DNA from: Candidatus Poribacteria bacterium
GTDB lineage: Bacteria; Poribacteria; WGA-4E; PCPOR2b
NCBI GenBank assembly: GCA_965208325.1
Contig: OZ242326.1
Span: 832,001 to 896,000 of the forward strand
Reading direction: 5' to 3'
Length of the DNA stretch: 64,000 bases
This document shows positions 1 to 9,814 of the stretch, in pieces; the first letter of the stretch is position 1, and each line of letters begins with the position of its first letter. The translations under genes were made by a program, and so were the position numbers. Under the pieces are notes generated by a model, which had not been told where the DNA came from, did no database searches, and saw only the letters and a program-made list of their open reading frames with translations.

Positions 1-273
1 AAGGCCTAACGTCGAAACAACCAGATAGACGCGCTCAGGGGGATTCCCAATACCCAACTTCGTACCGCTGCCAGCGGGAATAACAGAGAACTTGTTGTCA
101 GCGGCGTAATTCAAGACATCTCGAATTTCACCGACGGAAGCAGGGAAAGCAACTGCTTTGGGTAGTAGGTCGTCAACACCATACAGATTATTTTGATCGT
201 TGGGCCGTATACCGTTTTCGCCAACGAGTTGGCTCAAATCGACGCGCAGCCGGTTATTGGCAGGTTCAGTCAT
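1..273 (-). CDS. glcE: Glycolate oxidase FAD-binding subunit GlcE-like, 5' part only (runs off the window start)
   Basis: Hand translation from ATG at 273: MTEPANNRLRVDLSQLVG...PKAVAFPASVGEIRDVL...VIPAGSGTKLGIGNPP, an FAD_binding_4 N-terminus; lies directly downstream of glcD. Confidence 0.75.
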   Translation of the reverse strand, partial: MTEPANNRLRVDLSQLVGENGIRPNDQNNLYGVDDLLPKAVAFPASVGEIRDVLNYAADNKFSVIPAGSGTKLGIGNPPERVYLVVSTLGL

Positions 274-368
274 CTTGAGATAAAATAGCTGGAAAAGAAG
301 TTTTCACTTCTTCTTTTCATTCTTTCTTCATCAACAGGGAATGATTCACTGTTACGGAACTCTTCACA

Positions 369-1793
369 TTAAACAGTTGGGCTTTCAATCCCAAGCTTCA
401 CATAGGATTCCGTGGTTGGGAAAATTTTGCCGGGATTGCACAGTTTTGAGGGATTAAAAATGTCTCTGACGGTTGTCATCACTAAGAGGTCCTCCGGGCT
501 ATAAATCAGCGGCATGTAATCCATCTTTTCAACTCCGATGCCATGCTCACCCGTGATTGTGCCTCCGACTTCAGCGCACACTGTCAGAATCTCCATGTTT
601 ACCGCATCAACCCGTTCGCACTGGTCGGGATCCCGCTCATCGAAAAGAACGACGGGATGGATATTACCGTCTCCTGCATGAAAAACATTAGCTATAGGAA
701 TGCTGTATTTTTCAGAGATTTCTGCAACGCGGCGGAGCACCTTGGGTAGTTGGGTGCGAGGCACTACACCGTCTTGCGTGATGTAACTTGGCGCGAGCCG
801 ACCGAACGAACCAAAAGCGCTCTTGCGTGATTTCCAAATGTTCTGCCGGTCTGTTTCATCTTTCGCGCGATGAATTTCACGGCAGTTGTGGGAATTGAAG
901 ATTTCAGTGATCTGTTCGGCCTGATGCCGCATTCCCGCACTGATACCGTCTAATTCAACGATGAGAACTGCGCCGGCATCAAGCGGAAAACCCCAATGAA
1001 AGGCTTCCTCAACCGTTTTGATTACCAAGCTGTCCATCATTTCAAGGGCAGCCGGGATCATTCCCGCACCAATAATTTTGGACACTGCGCTTGATGCATC
1101 ATCAATGGTTTCAAATACTCCCAACAATGTTTGATAGGCTTGCGGTTTGCGCGTGAGCCGTACAATTGCCTTTGTGACGATTCCAAATGTCCCTTCACAG
1201 CCTACCATCAATCCGCGAAGATCGTAACCCGGCGTCTCTTCAACATAACCCCCAAATTCAACGATTTCCCCGTCAGGCATCACGACTTCTAGGCCGGTTA
1301 CGTGGTCCGTCGTAACACCGTACTTTAGAGTGTGAGGCCCCCCTGAGTTCTCTGCGATGTTACCACCGATTGTGCAGGCTTTTTGGCTGGATGGATCCGG
1401 AGCGAAATAGTAACCCCGATCTTCTACCGCCTGGGTTAGCAGAAGATTAACGACACCCGGTTCAACTACTGCACGTTGATTCTTGACATCAATTTCGAGA
1501 ATACGGTCCATTCGATTTAGAGCGATGATAATGCCGCCGTTGACAGGAAGCATACCCCCACTTAAACCGGTACCGCCGCCCCGTGCGATAAAAGGCACAC
1601 TGAACTTATTGGCGAGCCTTACAATCTTTGAGACATGCTCTGTCGATTCAGCGAACACCACGATATCAGGTGACGCCTTAAACAGTGTTGCTCCGTCGCA
1701 CTCATAGACTGAAAGCGCAGTTGAATCAGTGAGAACATTTGCCGCCCCGACAAGATCTGATAATTCAGAAGTTATGCGATTTTTTTCTATCAT
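369..1793 (-). CDS. glcD: Glycolate oxidase subunit GlcD (FAD-linked oxidase)
   Basis: RGGGTGLSGG, PDPSS...CTIGGN, FHAGDGNIHP, GEHGIG and NPGKIF motifs. Confidence 0.85.
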   Translation of the reverse strand: MIEKNRITSELSDLVGAANVLTDSTALSVYECDGATLFKASPDIVVFAESTEHVSKIVRLANKFSVPFIARGGGTGLSGGMLPVNGGIIIALNRMDRILEIDVKNQRAVVEPGVVNLLLTQAVEDRGYYFAPDPSSQKACTIGGNIAENSGGPHTLKYGVTTDHVTGLEVVMPDGEIVEFGGYVEETPGYDLRGLMVGCEGTFGIVTKAIVRLTRKPQAYQTLLGVFETIDDASSAVSKIIGAGMIPAALEMMDSLVIKTVEEAFHWGFPLDAGAVLIVELDGISAGMRHQAEQITEIFNSHNCREIHRAKDETDRQNIWKSRKSAFGSFGRLAPSYITQDGVVPRTQLPKVLRRVAEISEKYSIPIANVFHAGDGNIHPVVLFDERDPDQCERVDAVNMEILTVCAEVGGTITGEHGIGVEKMDYMPLIYSPEDLLVMTTVRDIFNPSKLCNPGKIFPTTESYVKLGIESPTV

Positions 1794-2013
1794 CTAAGAT
1801 GCCTCCAAGTCGTGTCCAAAGTCACCCATTAACGTATTGTTTTGAACACGAATTATCTTGCAATTGTGTATTTTCCAATTGGAATGCTTAAATTTTGATC
1901 GGCAGTGCAACGCGACTCAACATTGGACGGCGTACAAATTTTTGTTTGCACTATCGGCAAAATTAGGAAATATTACGTAAACAATCCGTCAGTCGCGTCA
2001 AGTTATTGGCTTT

Positions 2014-5000
2014 TCAAACATAGCTGTTAAATTTTCGCTGTTCCCCGACACGAGTAGTACGATTGCTGGGCTTAACGGAATTACTGCCGAAGAGTTCTTC
2101 AATTTGTGAGATTAGCTTGGGTTGAAATGGAATGCTGTAGCGGTCGTCGCACTTAGCAATAACCTCCCCATACTTGGGGCTCATCAGATGCAGGATGAGG
2201 TCACATTTGCCGCTGTTCTGTAAGCAGAGGTCTTTTAAAGCACCAATCTTCTCCTTTTCATTGATGTCTGATTCCGGAATGGTAACTTCGACAGCCGATG
2301 TCATTTTATCGACGACCTGATCGATTGGCTGTACTTCAGAAGCCTGAATTTGACGTACGTCTTCTTCCATTTCATCGTCATTTCGCTGATTTCTCTGTCT
2401 TCCAGAACCGACATTGCCGCGTATCCATACGATATTCCCTGCATCTATAGCGGACCTTGCATTCTTGTAAGCTTCCGGAAACACAACGACATCAGTGGCA
2501 CCTTCCAAATCTTCGATGACCATAATTGCCATTGGCTCGCCCTTTTTGGTATCGGTGAGATGCACTGAAGCTATTAAACCTGCCACGTATACTTCGGTGC
2601 CGTTGAAGTGTTCAACAAGGGATTGGCTGGACGCAGTTGTATAATATTTGAGGACATCGTCGTGTGCTTCCAATGGATGCCCGGAGAGATAGAAACCTAG
2701 TTGCTCCTTTTCATTCCTAAGCAGTTCATTATATGACCACGGCGGCACGTCATCAAGCACAATCTGTGAAATTGGCATGACCTGTTCACCCGCGCCAAAA
2801 AGGTTCATCTGCCCCTTTTCACGATCGGATTGCGTGCTTTGCGCCATTTTCATCACTTGCTCCAAGTTCGCCAAGTGTTGGGCTCTGTGTCCTTCAAATG
2901 AATCAAATGCACCTGCCATAATCAGGCTTTCAATAACTCGTTTGCTTACGGACTTTGAATCAACGCGTTCGCAGAAATCTTGCAGCGACGTGAATGAACC
3001 ATCCTGTTCTCGGGCTTTCACTATGGCTTCAATCGCCCCTTCATTGACATTCTTGACCGCAGCTAACCCAAAGCGAATGTCCTCACCGTCAACGGTGAAG
3101 TCCCAACCGCTGCTGTTCACGTCGGGCGGCAGCACGTCCATCTTTATGTTAAGAAACTCGGATAATTCTCGGCATTCAGCGATATACTTCACGATCTTTT
3201 CACTAGAACCGGATTCGCCGCTCATCATTGACGACATGAACTCGCGGGGATAGTGAGTTTTCAGATAGGCTGTCTGATACGACATAATCGAATAAGCGAC
3301 TGTGTGTGCACGGTTAAACGCGTATCGCCCGAACGGTTCAAGATAGTCGAATATTTCCTCTGCCTTTGCCGCTTTGATTCCATTATTTACAGCGCCGTCA
3401 ATGAATTTTGCGCGTTGCATTTTGACAATATCCATTTTCTTTTTGCTCATTGCATCGCAGAGAACGGCGGCTTCGCCAAGCGTAAATCCTGCCATATCCC
3501 GAGCAATTTGCATCACCTGTTCTTGATAGATGCATACGCCGTAGGTATTCTTCAGTGCATTTTCCAATGTTGGATGAAGAGATGTCGCCTTTTCAACCTT
3601 AAGTTTTCGGCGGATGTATTGATCCATCATACCGCTGTCAAGGGGGCCGGGCCGGTAAAGCGCAGAAATCGGTATGAAATCCTCAAAGTTGTTGGGTTTA
3701 ATCTGCATGATGAGGCGGCGCATTCCCGGTGAGGTTTCCAACTGAAATAGTCCCGCGACAAGGCCGTGGCTAATAAGCTCGTATGTTTTTTCGTCATCGA
3801 GTGGAATCTCTTCGAGCACAAGTTCAACACCGTGCCGCTCCTTAATCTGTGCGAGACAGTGAAAAACTTCACTCAACGTTCGTAGGCCGAGCAAGTCGAA
3901 TTTGACCATGCCGACATCTTCAAGCATCTTGAGATTGTATTGTGTTGCAATGCGGTCGTTCTTGTCTTTGAAAAGCGGGACATATTCAGTAAGTGGACCG
4001 TTTGCCAAAACAATGCCGCATGCGTGGATTGAAACATGCCGCTTCATGCCCTCAATCGACCTAGCGACCTTCATCATATCGCGATTGTCCGCGGCATCGG
4101 CAAGCTCCTGAAACCGCGGAACATTTTCCAACGACTCGTTGAGCGTGACCCCCGGAACGGTGGGAATCAATTGCGTCACTCTGCGAACATCCGAGACCGG
4201 CATGTCGAGTGCACGACCGACATCAGTAACAGCCGCTTTTGCAGCGAACGTACTAAATGTTGCGACTTGTCCAACGCACTCAGCCCCGTACTTTTCCGTT
4301 AGGTAATCAATTACAATTTTGCGGTGTTCATCGCTGAAGTCGACGTCAATATCTGGCAGGCTAACGCGTTCAAGATTTAGGAATCGCTCGAACAGACAAT
4401 CGTATTCTATCGGATTGTAGGTTGTCACCCCAAGCGCATACATCGCCAAACTGCCACCTGACGATCCGCGGCCGATGAAGGGAATGTTCTGCTTTCGTGC
4501 AAAGCTGGCATAATCCCAAACAATCAGAAAATAGCCGGCGTATCCTGTTTTTTGGATTACCTCCAGTTCATTGTCCAGCCGCGTTTTCATCTCGGTCGAG
4601 ATTTCACCGTACTTTTGACGGAGTGCCGTATGGCAAAGTTCCGCAAGGTAAGAATCTGCGGTGTAACCGTCGGGAACTTCGTATTTCGGCATAATGTGTT
4701 CCCCATAGTCGAGTTCAAGCTGGCAGCGTTTGGCAATCTCAAGCGTATTGGTAATCGCTTCGGGTGGAAAATCTCTTAACGCCTCATGCATCTCATCCGT
4801 GTTCTTAAAGTAGAACTCGTTGCGAAAGCGGAGCCGATTTTCTTCATTCACCGTACGTTTCATCTGGATACACAATAACACATCATGCATCGTGTGATCC
4901 GATGCGTCAAGGTAATGGCAATCGTTTGTCCCGACGATAGGCAGACCATGTTCCTGTGCGAGCTGCACCATCACCTCATAGGCACGTTTCTCCTCGGGAA

Positions 5001-5541
5001 TACCGTGGTTCTGAACTTCGACGTATAAGTTGCCACGCCCCATGACATCCTGAAGCACCCTGAAATTCTTTACCGCCGTTTCGCGCTGGTTAGATGCCAA
5101 TAACGCCGGGACATACCCCTGTATACATCCTGTCAGCGCGATGATGCCGTCACGGTATTCGCGTAAGATTTCCATATCGATTCTCGGCTTTGAATAAAAC
5201 CCTTCAAGATAGCCGAGCGAAACAAGCTTCATTAGGTTTCGATAGCCTGTGGCATTCTCCGCAAGCAAGGTCAGGTGATAGGGGCTGCCTTGCTCTTTTC
5301 CGCGCTCGTGCCGGCTTTCAGGGGCGACATAGACCTCACATCCAACAATCGGATTGACGCCTTTTTCCTTCGCCTGCCTGTAAAACTCCCACGTACCAAA
5401 CATGTTGCCATGGTCAGTCAGTGCAACTGCCTGAGTACTCGTTTGATAAGCCCAGTCAATCATGTCCGAGATTCGGCATGCACCATCTAGCAGGCTGTAT
5501 TCGCTGTGATTATGTAGATGAATAAACTCTGGAATTGACAT
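2014..5541 (-). CDS. dnaE: DNA polymerase III alpha subunit
   Basis: PHP domain HLHNHSEYSLLDG and TDHGN, catalytic PDIDVDF, KFDLLGL, clamp motif QMNLF, C-terminal OB fold; 1175 aa. Confidence 0.97.
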   Translation of the reverse strand: MSIPEFIHLHNHSEYSLLDGACRISDMIDWAYQTSTQAVALTDHGNMFGTWEFYRQAKEKGVNPIVGCEVYVAPESRHERGKEQGSPYHLTLLAENATGYRNLMKLVSLGYLEGFYSKPRIDMEILREYRDGIIALTGCIQGYVPALLASNQRETAVKNFRVLQDVMGRGNLYVEVQNHGIPEEKRAYEVMVQLAQEHGLPIVGTNDCHYLDASDHTMHDVLLCIQMKRTVNEENRLRFRNEFYFKNTDEMHEALRDFPPEAITNTLEIAKRCQLELDYGEHIMPKYEVPDGYTADSYLAELCHTALRQKYGEISTEMKTRLDNELEVIQKTGYAGYFLIVWDYASFARKQNIPFIGRGSSGGSLAMYALGVTTYNPIEYDCLFERFLNLERVSLPDIDVDFSDEHRKIVIDYLTEKYGAECVGQVATFSTFAAKAAVTDVGRALDMPVSDVRRVTQLIPTVPGVTLNESLENVPRFQELADAADNRDMMKVARSIEGMKRHVSIHACGIVLANGPLTEYVPLFKDKNDRIATQYNLKMLEDVGMVKFDLLGLRTLSEVFHCLAQIKERHGVELVLEEIPLDDEKTYELISHGLVAGLFQLETSPGMRRLIMQIKPNNFEDFIPISALYRPGPLDSGMMDQYIRRKLKVEKATSLHPTLENALKNTYGVCIYQEQVMQIARDMAGFTLGEAAVLCDAMSKKKMDIVKMQRAKFIDGAVNNGIKAAKAEEIFDYLEPFGRYAFNRAHTVAYSIMSYQTAYLKTHYPREFMSSMMSGESGSSEKIVKYIAECRELSEFLNIKMDVLPPDVNSSGWDFTVDGEDIRFGLAAVKNVNEGAIEAIVKAREQDGSFTSLQDFCERVDSKSVSKRVIESLIMAGAFDSFEGHRAQHLANLEQVMKMAQSTQSDREKGQMNLFGAGEQVMPISQIVLDDVPPWSYNELLRNEKEQLGFYLSGHPLEAHDDVLKYYTTASSQSLVEHFNGTEVYVAGLIASVHLTDTKKGEPMAIMVIEDLEGATDVVVFPEAYKNARSAIDAGNIVWIRGNVGSGRQRNQRNDDEMEEDVRQIQASEVQPIDQVVDKMTSAVEVTIPESDINEKEKIGALKDLCLQNSGKCDLILHLMSPKYGEVIAKCDDRYSIPFQPKLISQIEELFGSNSVKPSNRTTRVGEQRKFNSYV

Positions 5542-5740
5542 TTCTCACCGTTAGCTATTGGAGTTTGACATTCGTGGTTTTTGGAAGGCAGCAAATGTGA
5601 ATGTTGCAGAAAAAAATTAACAGATGTATTTTTTCACTGTTTTGCAACTTTTGAGAAACGTATGATGTCTTAATCCATTTTGATTTACCTTGCTGACACG
5701 TTTTTTACACCGCCAACTTGTTTGGTCCGATGGAATTCTA

Positions 5741-6568
5741 TTACCGCCGCTTAGGAGGCGGAAGCCGCCTCTTAACCTCGCGGAAGCGAAGAGAATCCTT
5801 ACGGAGATTGGGCTTGCGCGGTTGACGAGCAATTTGGGTGCGCACATTCTGAATTCGTTCATCAGTCGGGGGATGGGTGGAAAAAAACTGTTCAAGTTGA
5901 CCCGGTTGTCTTTTATGTAATTGGCGAAGCGTTTCAAAAAACGTTGCTATACCTGCCGGGTCGATACCGGCATCCCACATTTGACGGACAGCGTAAGCGT
6001 CAGCTTCTCTTTCAGCATCGCGGCTGTATTTCATCAGCGCGCCAGTCCTGGCGATTGTGCCCGCAAGCCTCTCCAATTCGTTTGGATTTTTACCCAGGAC
6101 TATCTGTTCCAAAGCTGCAAACCCGAGCTGTTTGGTCAACTGCTTTGCACCGTGACTGCCCACAACATGGCCAATCTCGTGCCCCATCACCCCCGCTAAC
6201 TCGGCCTCATTTTCAGCAGCTCGGATGAGTCCAAGGTTGACGTATACATAGCCGCCGGGTAACGCAAAAGCATTTACCTCTTCGGCGTCAACTACTTTGA
6301 AATGATAAGCGATGTCTGTCCGTTTAGAGTGCCGAACGAGACGCGCACCCAGTTGCCTGATGTATTCGCTAACGACAGGGTCCCGCTTATACAGCGTAAG
6401 ATCTTTTTCAATCTCTTTCGAGAAACGACTCCCAAGCTCTACCTCATCTTCATCATTGAAAATATTGACATCGCTTAATACTGCGGCGCAATTCGATAAT
6501 CCACCGACTAAAATCACTGCGAATATGAGGTGCATGGTCATTGGGACGCGGAAACATATTTTTCGCAT
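5741..6568 (-). CDS. M48 family Zn metallopeptidase, probable lipoprotein
   Basis: NAFALPGG, HEIGH, YSRDAEREAD, STHP motifs; LSNC lipobox-like signal. Confidence 0.9.
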   Translation of the reverse strand: MRKICFRVPMTMHLIFAVILVGGLSNCAAVLSDVNIFNDEDEVELGSRFSKEIEKDLTLYKRDPVVSEYIRQLGARLVRHSKRTDIAYHFKVVDAEEVNAFALPGGYVYVNLGLIRAAENEAELAGVMGHEIGHVVGSHGAKQLTKQLGFAALEQIVLGKNPNELERLAGTIARTGALMKYSRDAEREADAYAVRQMWDAGIDPAGIATFFETLRQLHKRQPGQLEQFFSTHPPTDERIQNVRTQIARQPRKPNLRKDSLRFREVKRRLPPPKRR

Positions 6569-6694
6569 TGAAGAACTGCACCTATAGGAGAGTTATACCC
6601 GTTGTATTAAATTTGCGCCTGGCTCGAATTAACCGTGAGTTTCGAGTAATTTCAATAAGAAAGTTGATTGCTTATTATTCATAGCGTTTTTATC

Positions 6695-6910
6695 AGACAT
6701 CTTTCCAAAATAATTCCACCGCCCGATAGCCCCAGAGGGGCGACAGTTATATAGAAGTCAATGTTAAACATTAATATCTAGCCCCAGCGGGGCGGCAGGT
6801 GTAAAACGACTACCCTTATGTTGGACCAATACGCTGTAGGGGCAACCCTTGTGGTTGCCCTTAACGATTCGGTTTTGTCAATCACATTGAGTTAATTAGG
6901 TAAGATGTCT
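6695..6910. repeat. Composite intergenic repeat: imperfect terminal inverted repeats enclosing two direct repeats and a GTAG-type REP
   Basis: AGACATCTT (6695) and AAGATGTCT (ending 6910); TAGCCCCAG(A/C)GGGGCG(A/G)CAG at 6727 and 6779; TGTAG-GGGCAACC-cttgt-GGTTGCCC at 6835-6860. Confidence 0.65.
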
Positions 6911-7009
6911 ATTGATTTATAGGCGATATTATAACCGATTTTCGAATGGCTGTAAAGCGGTGCGTTTGTCTAAACAAAAACTCCCAACAAACTAATGAGA
7001 CTATTGAAT

Positions 7010-7675
7010 TTATGGTTTCGCAGCTTTGAAATATAGGCAGTGCGCCGTAAAAGCGCATTCATGGCATGCAGGATTTCGGGCATGGCAAATTCCACGCCCA
7101 AATGTAATTAAGTTCATGTGAAACGGCAACGACTTTCCCTCCGGCACGATTTGCGCCATGACTTCGTGAGCTTTTTCAGCCGTACAATTTGAAGGTACTA
7201 AACCTAGTCGCCGACTAATCCGCAAAACGTGTGTATCGACAGGAAAAACCTCATGTCCGCATGCGAACGTGAGTGTGACTGAAGCAGTTTTAATGCCGAT
7301 TCCCTTGTGCTGACACAAGTATTGGATTGCGTCCGCCGTTTCCATTTCGCATATAAATTCCAAATCCAGTTCCCCGTGATTGGCTTTAAGCCATGTTAGG
7401 AAATTTTTGATTGTCCGGCTTTTCTGTACATGCAGACCCGCGATTCTAATTGCCTCTCCTATCTCCTCGACATCCGCTTTCTGCACCTCTTCCCAGGTAG
7501 AAAATCGCTCCTGAAGCGCCGTGAAACCCTTATCTCGATTTACATCGTTTGTGTTTTGAGACAGAACTGTGCGGATTAAGCAATCCAAGACATTCTCATC
7601 CGCTTCACGTTCAGGAATGCCGTAAAGTTTTTCTAAAGCATTAGAAATTCTCCGAGTTTTATTTTTCAGGTTCAA
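7010..7675 (-). CDS. nth: Endonuclease III family DNA glycosylase
   Basis: LSQNT, HhH motif KGIGIKTA, PVDTHV, C-terminal C-x6-C-x2-C-x5-C Fe-S motif; TTG start with GGAGGT RBS. Confidence 0.85.
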   Translation of the reverse strand: MNLKNKTRRISNALEKLYGIPEREADENVLDCLIRTVLSQNTNDVNRDKGFTALQERFSTWEEVQKADVEEIGEAIRIAGLHVQKSRTIKNFLTWLKANHGELDLEFICEMETADAIQYLCQHKGIGIKTASVTLTFACGHEVFPVDTHVLRISRRLGLVPSNCTAEKAHEVMAQIVPEGKSLPFHMNLITFGRGICHARNPACHECAFTAHCLYFKAAKP

Positions 7676-7739
7676 ACGATACCTCCAAAAAGCACCGTAG
7701 TTTTATTCATTTAAGCGTGTTATCCTGACAACAATTTCA

Positions 7740-8885
7740 TTAAAATACGCGATAGTTAAGCGTCATCAGATAGTTCTGTTCGAGCTTGGACTTCTCATAC
7801 TTTTCCAGTTCTATACTCGTTGTCAAATTGATTTGGTTTTCGACAAAGAAGACAAATAGCAGTTTCAATGAATTGCTAATCTGTGTGTCATCATCTTTTG
7901 AGCGTTTTTCTACATTTAACAGATGGCGCATGACGAAATCTATACGATTGGTCACTTCGTAGGAGAAATCGCTCGCTGAAATGATATTGTACGTTTTGAG
8001 AAAATTTCCTCCAACTTGGCTGTTGGCGGTAAATCGCTCGTTAAATTGGGCACGCCAATTTATCGGCAAAGAATACCTTGCGGTAATATCCGCCGCAGGA
8101 GCGACGCGTTTTTCTGAGGATTCCGACGTCAGCAATTCGAGCTTTGCGCCCAAAGTGATATCCCAACCATAAAATCGATCAGAAATATTTTCTCTAAATA
8201 ACACCTCGTCCATTCTCAAAATTCCCACAGCGTCGATTTCCTCACCTTTCAACATGTTAGAATGTTTGATTATTCCTGCCATGTCGTCGTACCAATACCG
8301 CTTAAACGCCTCTCGATAGCGCGTTCTATACTCATCCCGCTTTTCAATAATTTGGCCCAAACTCACCATGGTCTCAGCGGGAAGATCGTCGTGCAGTTGG
8401 TCAGAAAACAATAGGAAATCTTCAATTCGTACAGCCTTCGCTAAGGCTGTGGCATTAATAAAGCGACCGAACCCAAAGCCAATCGTGACATCCAAAGTCG
8501 GCCGATCATATCCTTTTAGGTATGCACTATGCGGATTAACCGATGCGAAGAAATTTCGATGCGGCCAAACATATCGCCTTAACCGCCAATCCATGTCTGC
8601 ATTGTAGTCGTTCGCTCGTCTCTCCCTTGACGCCGACCAAATCAGGTCAAATGAATATCCGTAGGTCAACGATTCGTAAAAGGTGTTGTAGACCGTTCCA
8701 ATTCTACCGTGATTACTAGTTGTCTCCTTTCCGTCGCTCGCATAATTGTAGTTAAAATCAATAAGGAAGCTATGTGCCGAACTTACGGGAACTTTATAGT
8801 CTTTGATTAATAAATTTTGTGAAAAAGCCTCGGTTCCTGTGATTACATAAGTTACAAAAATAAGAGTCGTCGAAATGTGTTTCAT
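7740..8885 (-). CDS. Hypothetical exported protein, probable outer-membrane beta-barrel (paralog of 9815..10990)
   Basis: Signal peptide, amphipathic beta-like segments, C-terminus LNYRVF; shares blocks such as ATALAKAVRIE and DRFYGWD with the paralog. Confidence 0.6.
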   Translation of the reverse strand: MKHISTTLIFVTYVITGTEAFSQNLLIKDYKVPVSSAHSFLIDFNYNYASDGKETTSNHGRIGTVYNTFYESLTYGYSFDLIWSASRERRANDYNADMDWRLRRYVWPHRNFFASVNPHSAYLKGYDRPTLDVTIGFGFGRFINATALAKAVRIEDFLLFSDQLHDDLPAETMVSLGQIIEKRDEYRTRYREAFKRYWYDDMAGIIKHSNMLKGEEIDAVGILRMDEVLFRENISDRFYGWDITLGAKLELLTSESSEKRVAPAADITARYSLPINWRAQFNERFTANSQVGGNFLKTYNIISASDFSYEVTNRIDFVMRHLLNVEKRSKDDDTQISNSLKLLFVFFVENQINLTTSIELEKYEKSKLEQNYLMTLNYRVF

Positions 8886-8995
8886 ATCAGATTATCCAAG
8901 TAGATAAAGCAGGGGAATAATGCAATTCCTGAAGCAAATAGTATTGGTTTGCGCTCCTAGGTTTTCGTTGTCTCCACAACTCAATCTTCACAGTC

Positions 8996-9814
8996 CTACC
9001 GCGCATCGGTAAGGACCTCGTATTTCACCAGTGTAATGATATTTTCTCCTTTTGAGTCCTCTTGCTTAATTATTCGATACGGATGTTCCTTTTCTACCCA
9101 AAACAGGTATTTGGTTTTAATGACTTTCCCTTTGAGACCGGATACGCCTGACTCTATGAAGTAACAGTCGAAAATACCTAACGGTGTCGTGACTTTTTGT
9201 TCGGCTTTAATTTTCGCATATACTCCTACCACGTGGTCGGTTGTGACAAGTATGAATTTCACCTTCTCCTTATTGAATGGATATCCGCGAATCACTTCTA
9301 GAATCGTATTGACATCATAACTATCCTCTCGAATCTCCTTCACTACATTTCGCTTTGGGCCGGGGTAGATGAAACGGACGCGCTGCTCGGCGCGGTGTTT
9401 ATAGTATTCGATGGAGTATTTTTGCTGTCCGGCATCGTCGCGCTGTTCAATCAAGATTGGCCGCAGGTCATTTGCCCTGACAACCATATTCTGGGAATCC
9501 GTCGAAATAACATATACAAACTGACCGTCGAAATTTTCGCGTGAAATTTTATGGATTGAGAAATGGATTTTGCCCTTTTGGTTTACCTCATAAGTTGACT
9601 TCTCTACGGTAGGGAAATGGGGGTCACGGAATGGTGGCAGTTTAACGTCACACAACCCAGTCGAACTGAAAACGGTAGGCAATAATATTAACCCACTGAA
9701 CACTATGTGAGAAAAGGGAAGCGTATAATGAGCAATGAAAACTCTCGAATTAGCAAATCCAAAACATCTTCCCATGTGCATCTTTGCCCATTGTCCGATT
9801 CGCGTTTCAGCCAA
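8996..9814 (-). CDS. Hypothetical exported protein, DUF3108-like
   Basis: KVTTPLGIFDCY resembles the DUF3108 'V-x-x-PAG-x-F' motif; hydrophobic N-terminal segment; start codon uncertain. Confidence 0.5.
   Translation of the reverse strand: MAETRIGQWAKMHMGRCFGFANSRVFIAHYTLPFSHIVFSGLILLPTVFSSTGLCDVKLPPFRDPHFPTVEKSTYEVNQKGKIHFSIHKISRENFDGQFVYVISTDSQNMVVRANDLRPILIEQRDDAGQQKYSIEYYKHRAEQRVRFIYPGPKRNVVKEIREDSYDVNTILEVIRGYPFNKEKVKFILVTTDHVVGVYAKIKAEQKVTTPLGIFDCYFIESGVSGLKGKVIKTKYLFWVEKEHPYRIIKQEDSKGENIITLVKYEVLTDAR

Noticed and set aside
2014..5541. Intein or split in dnaE
   Set aside because: Normal length and continuous domain order; no splice-junction motifs seen
6727..6798. Mini CRISPR array from two 20-bp direct repeats 52 bp apart
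   Set aside because: Only two imperfect units, no cas genes, and embedded in a REP/MITE cluster
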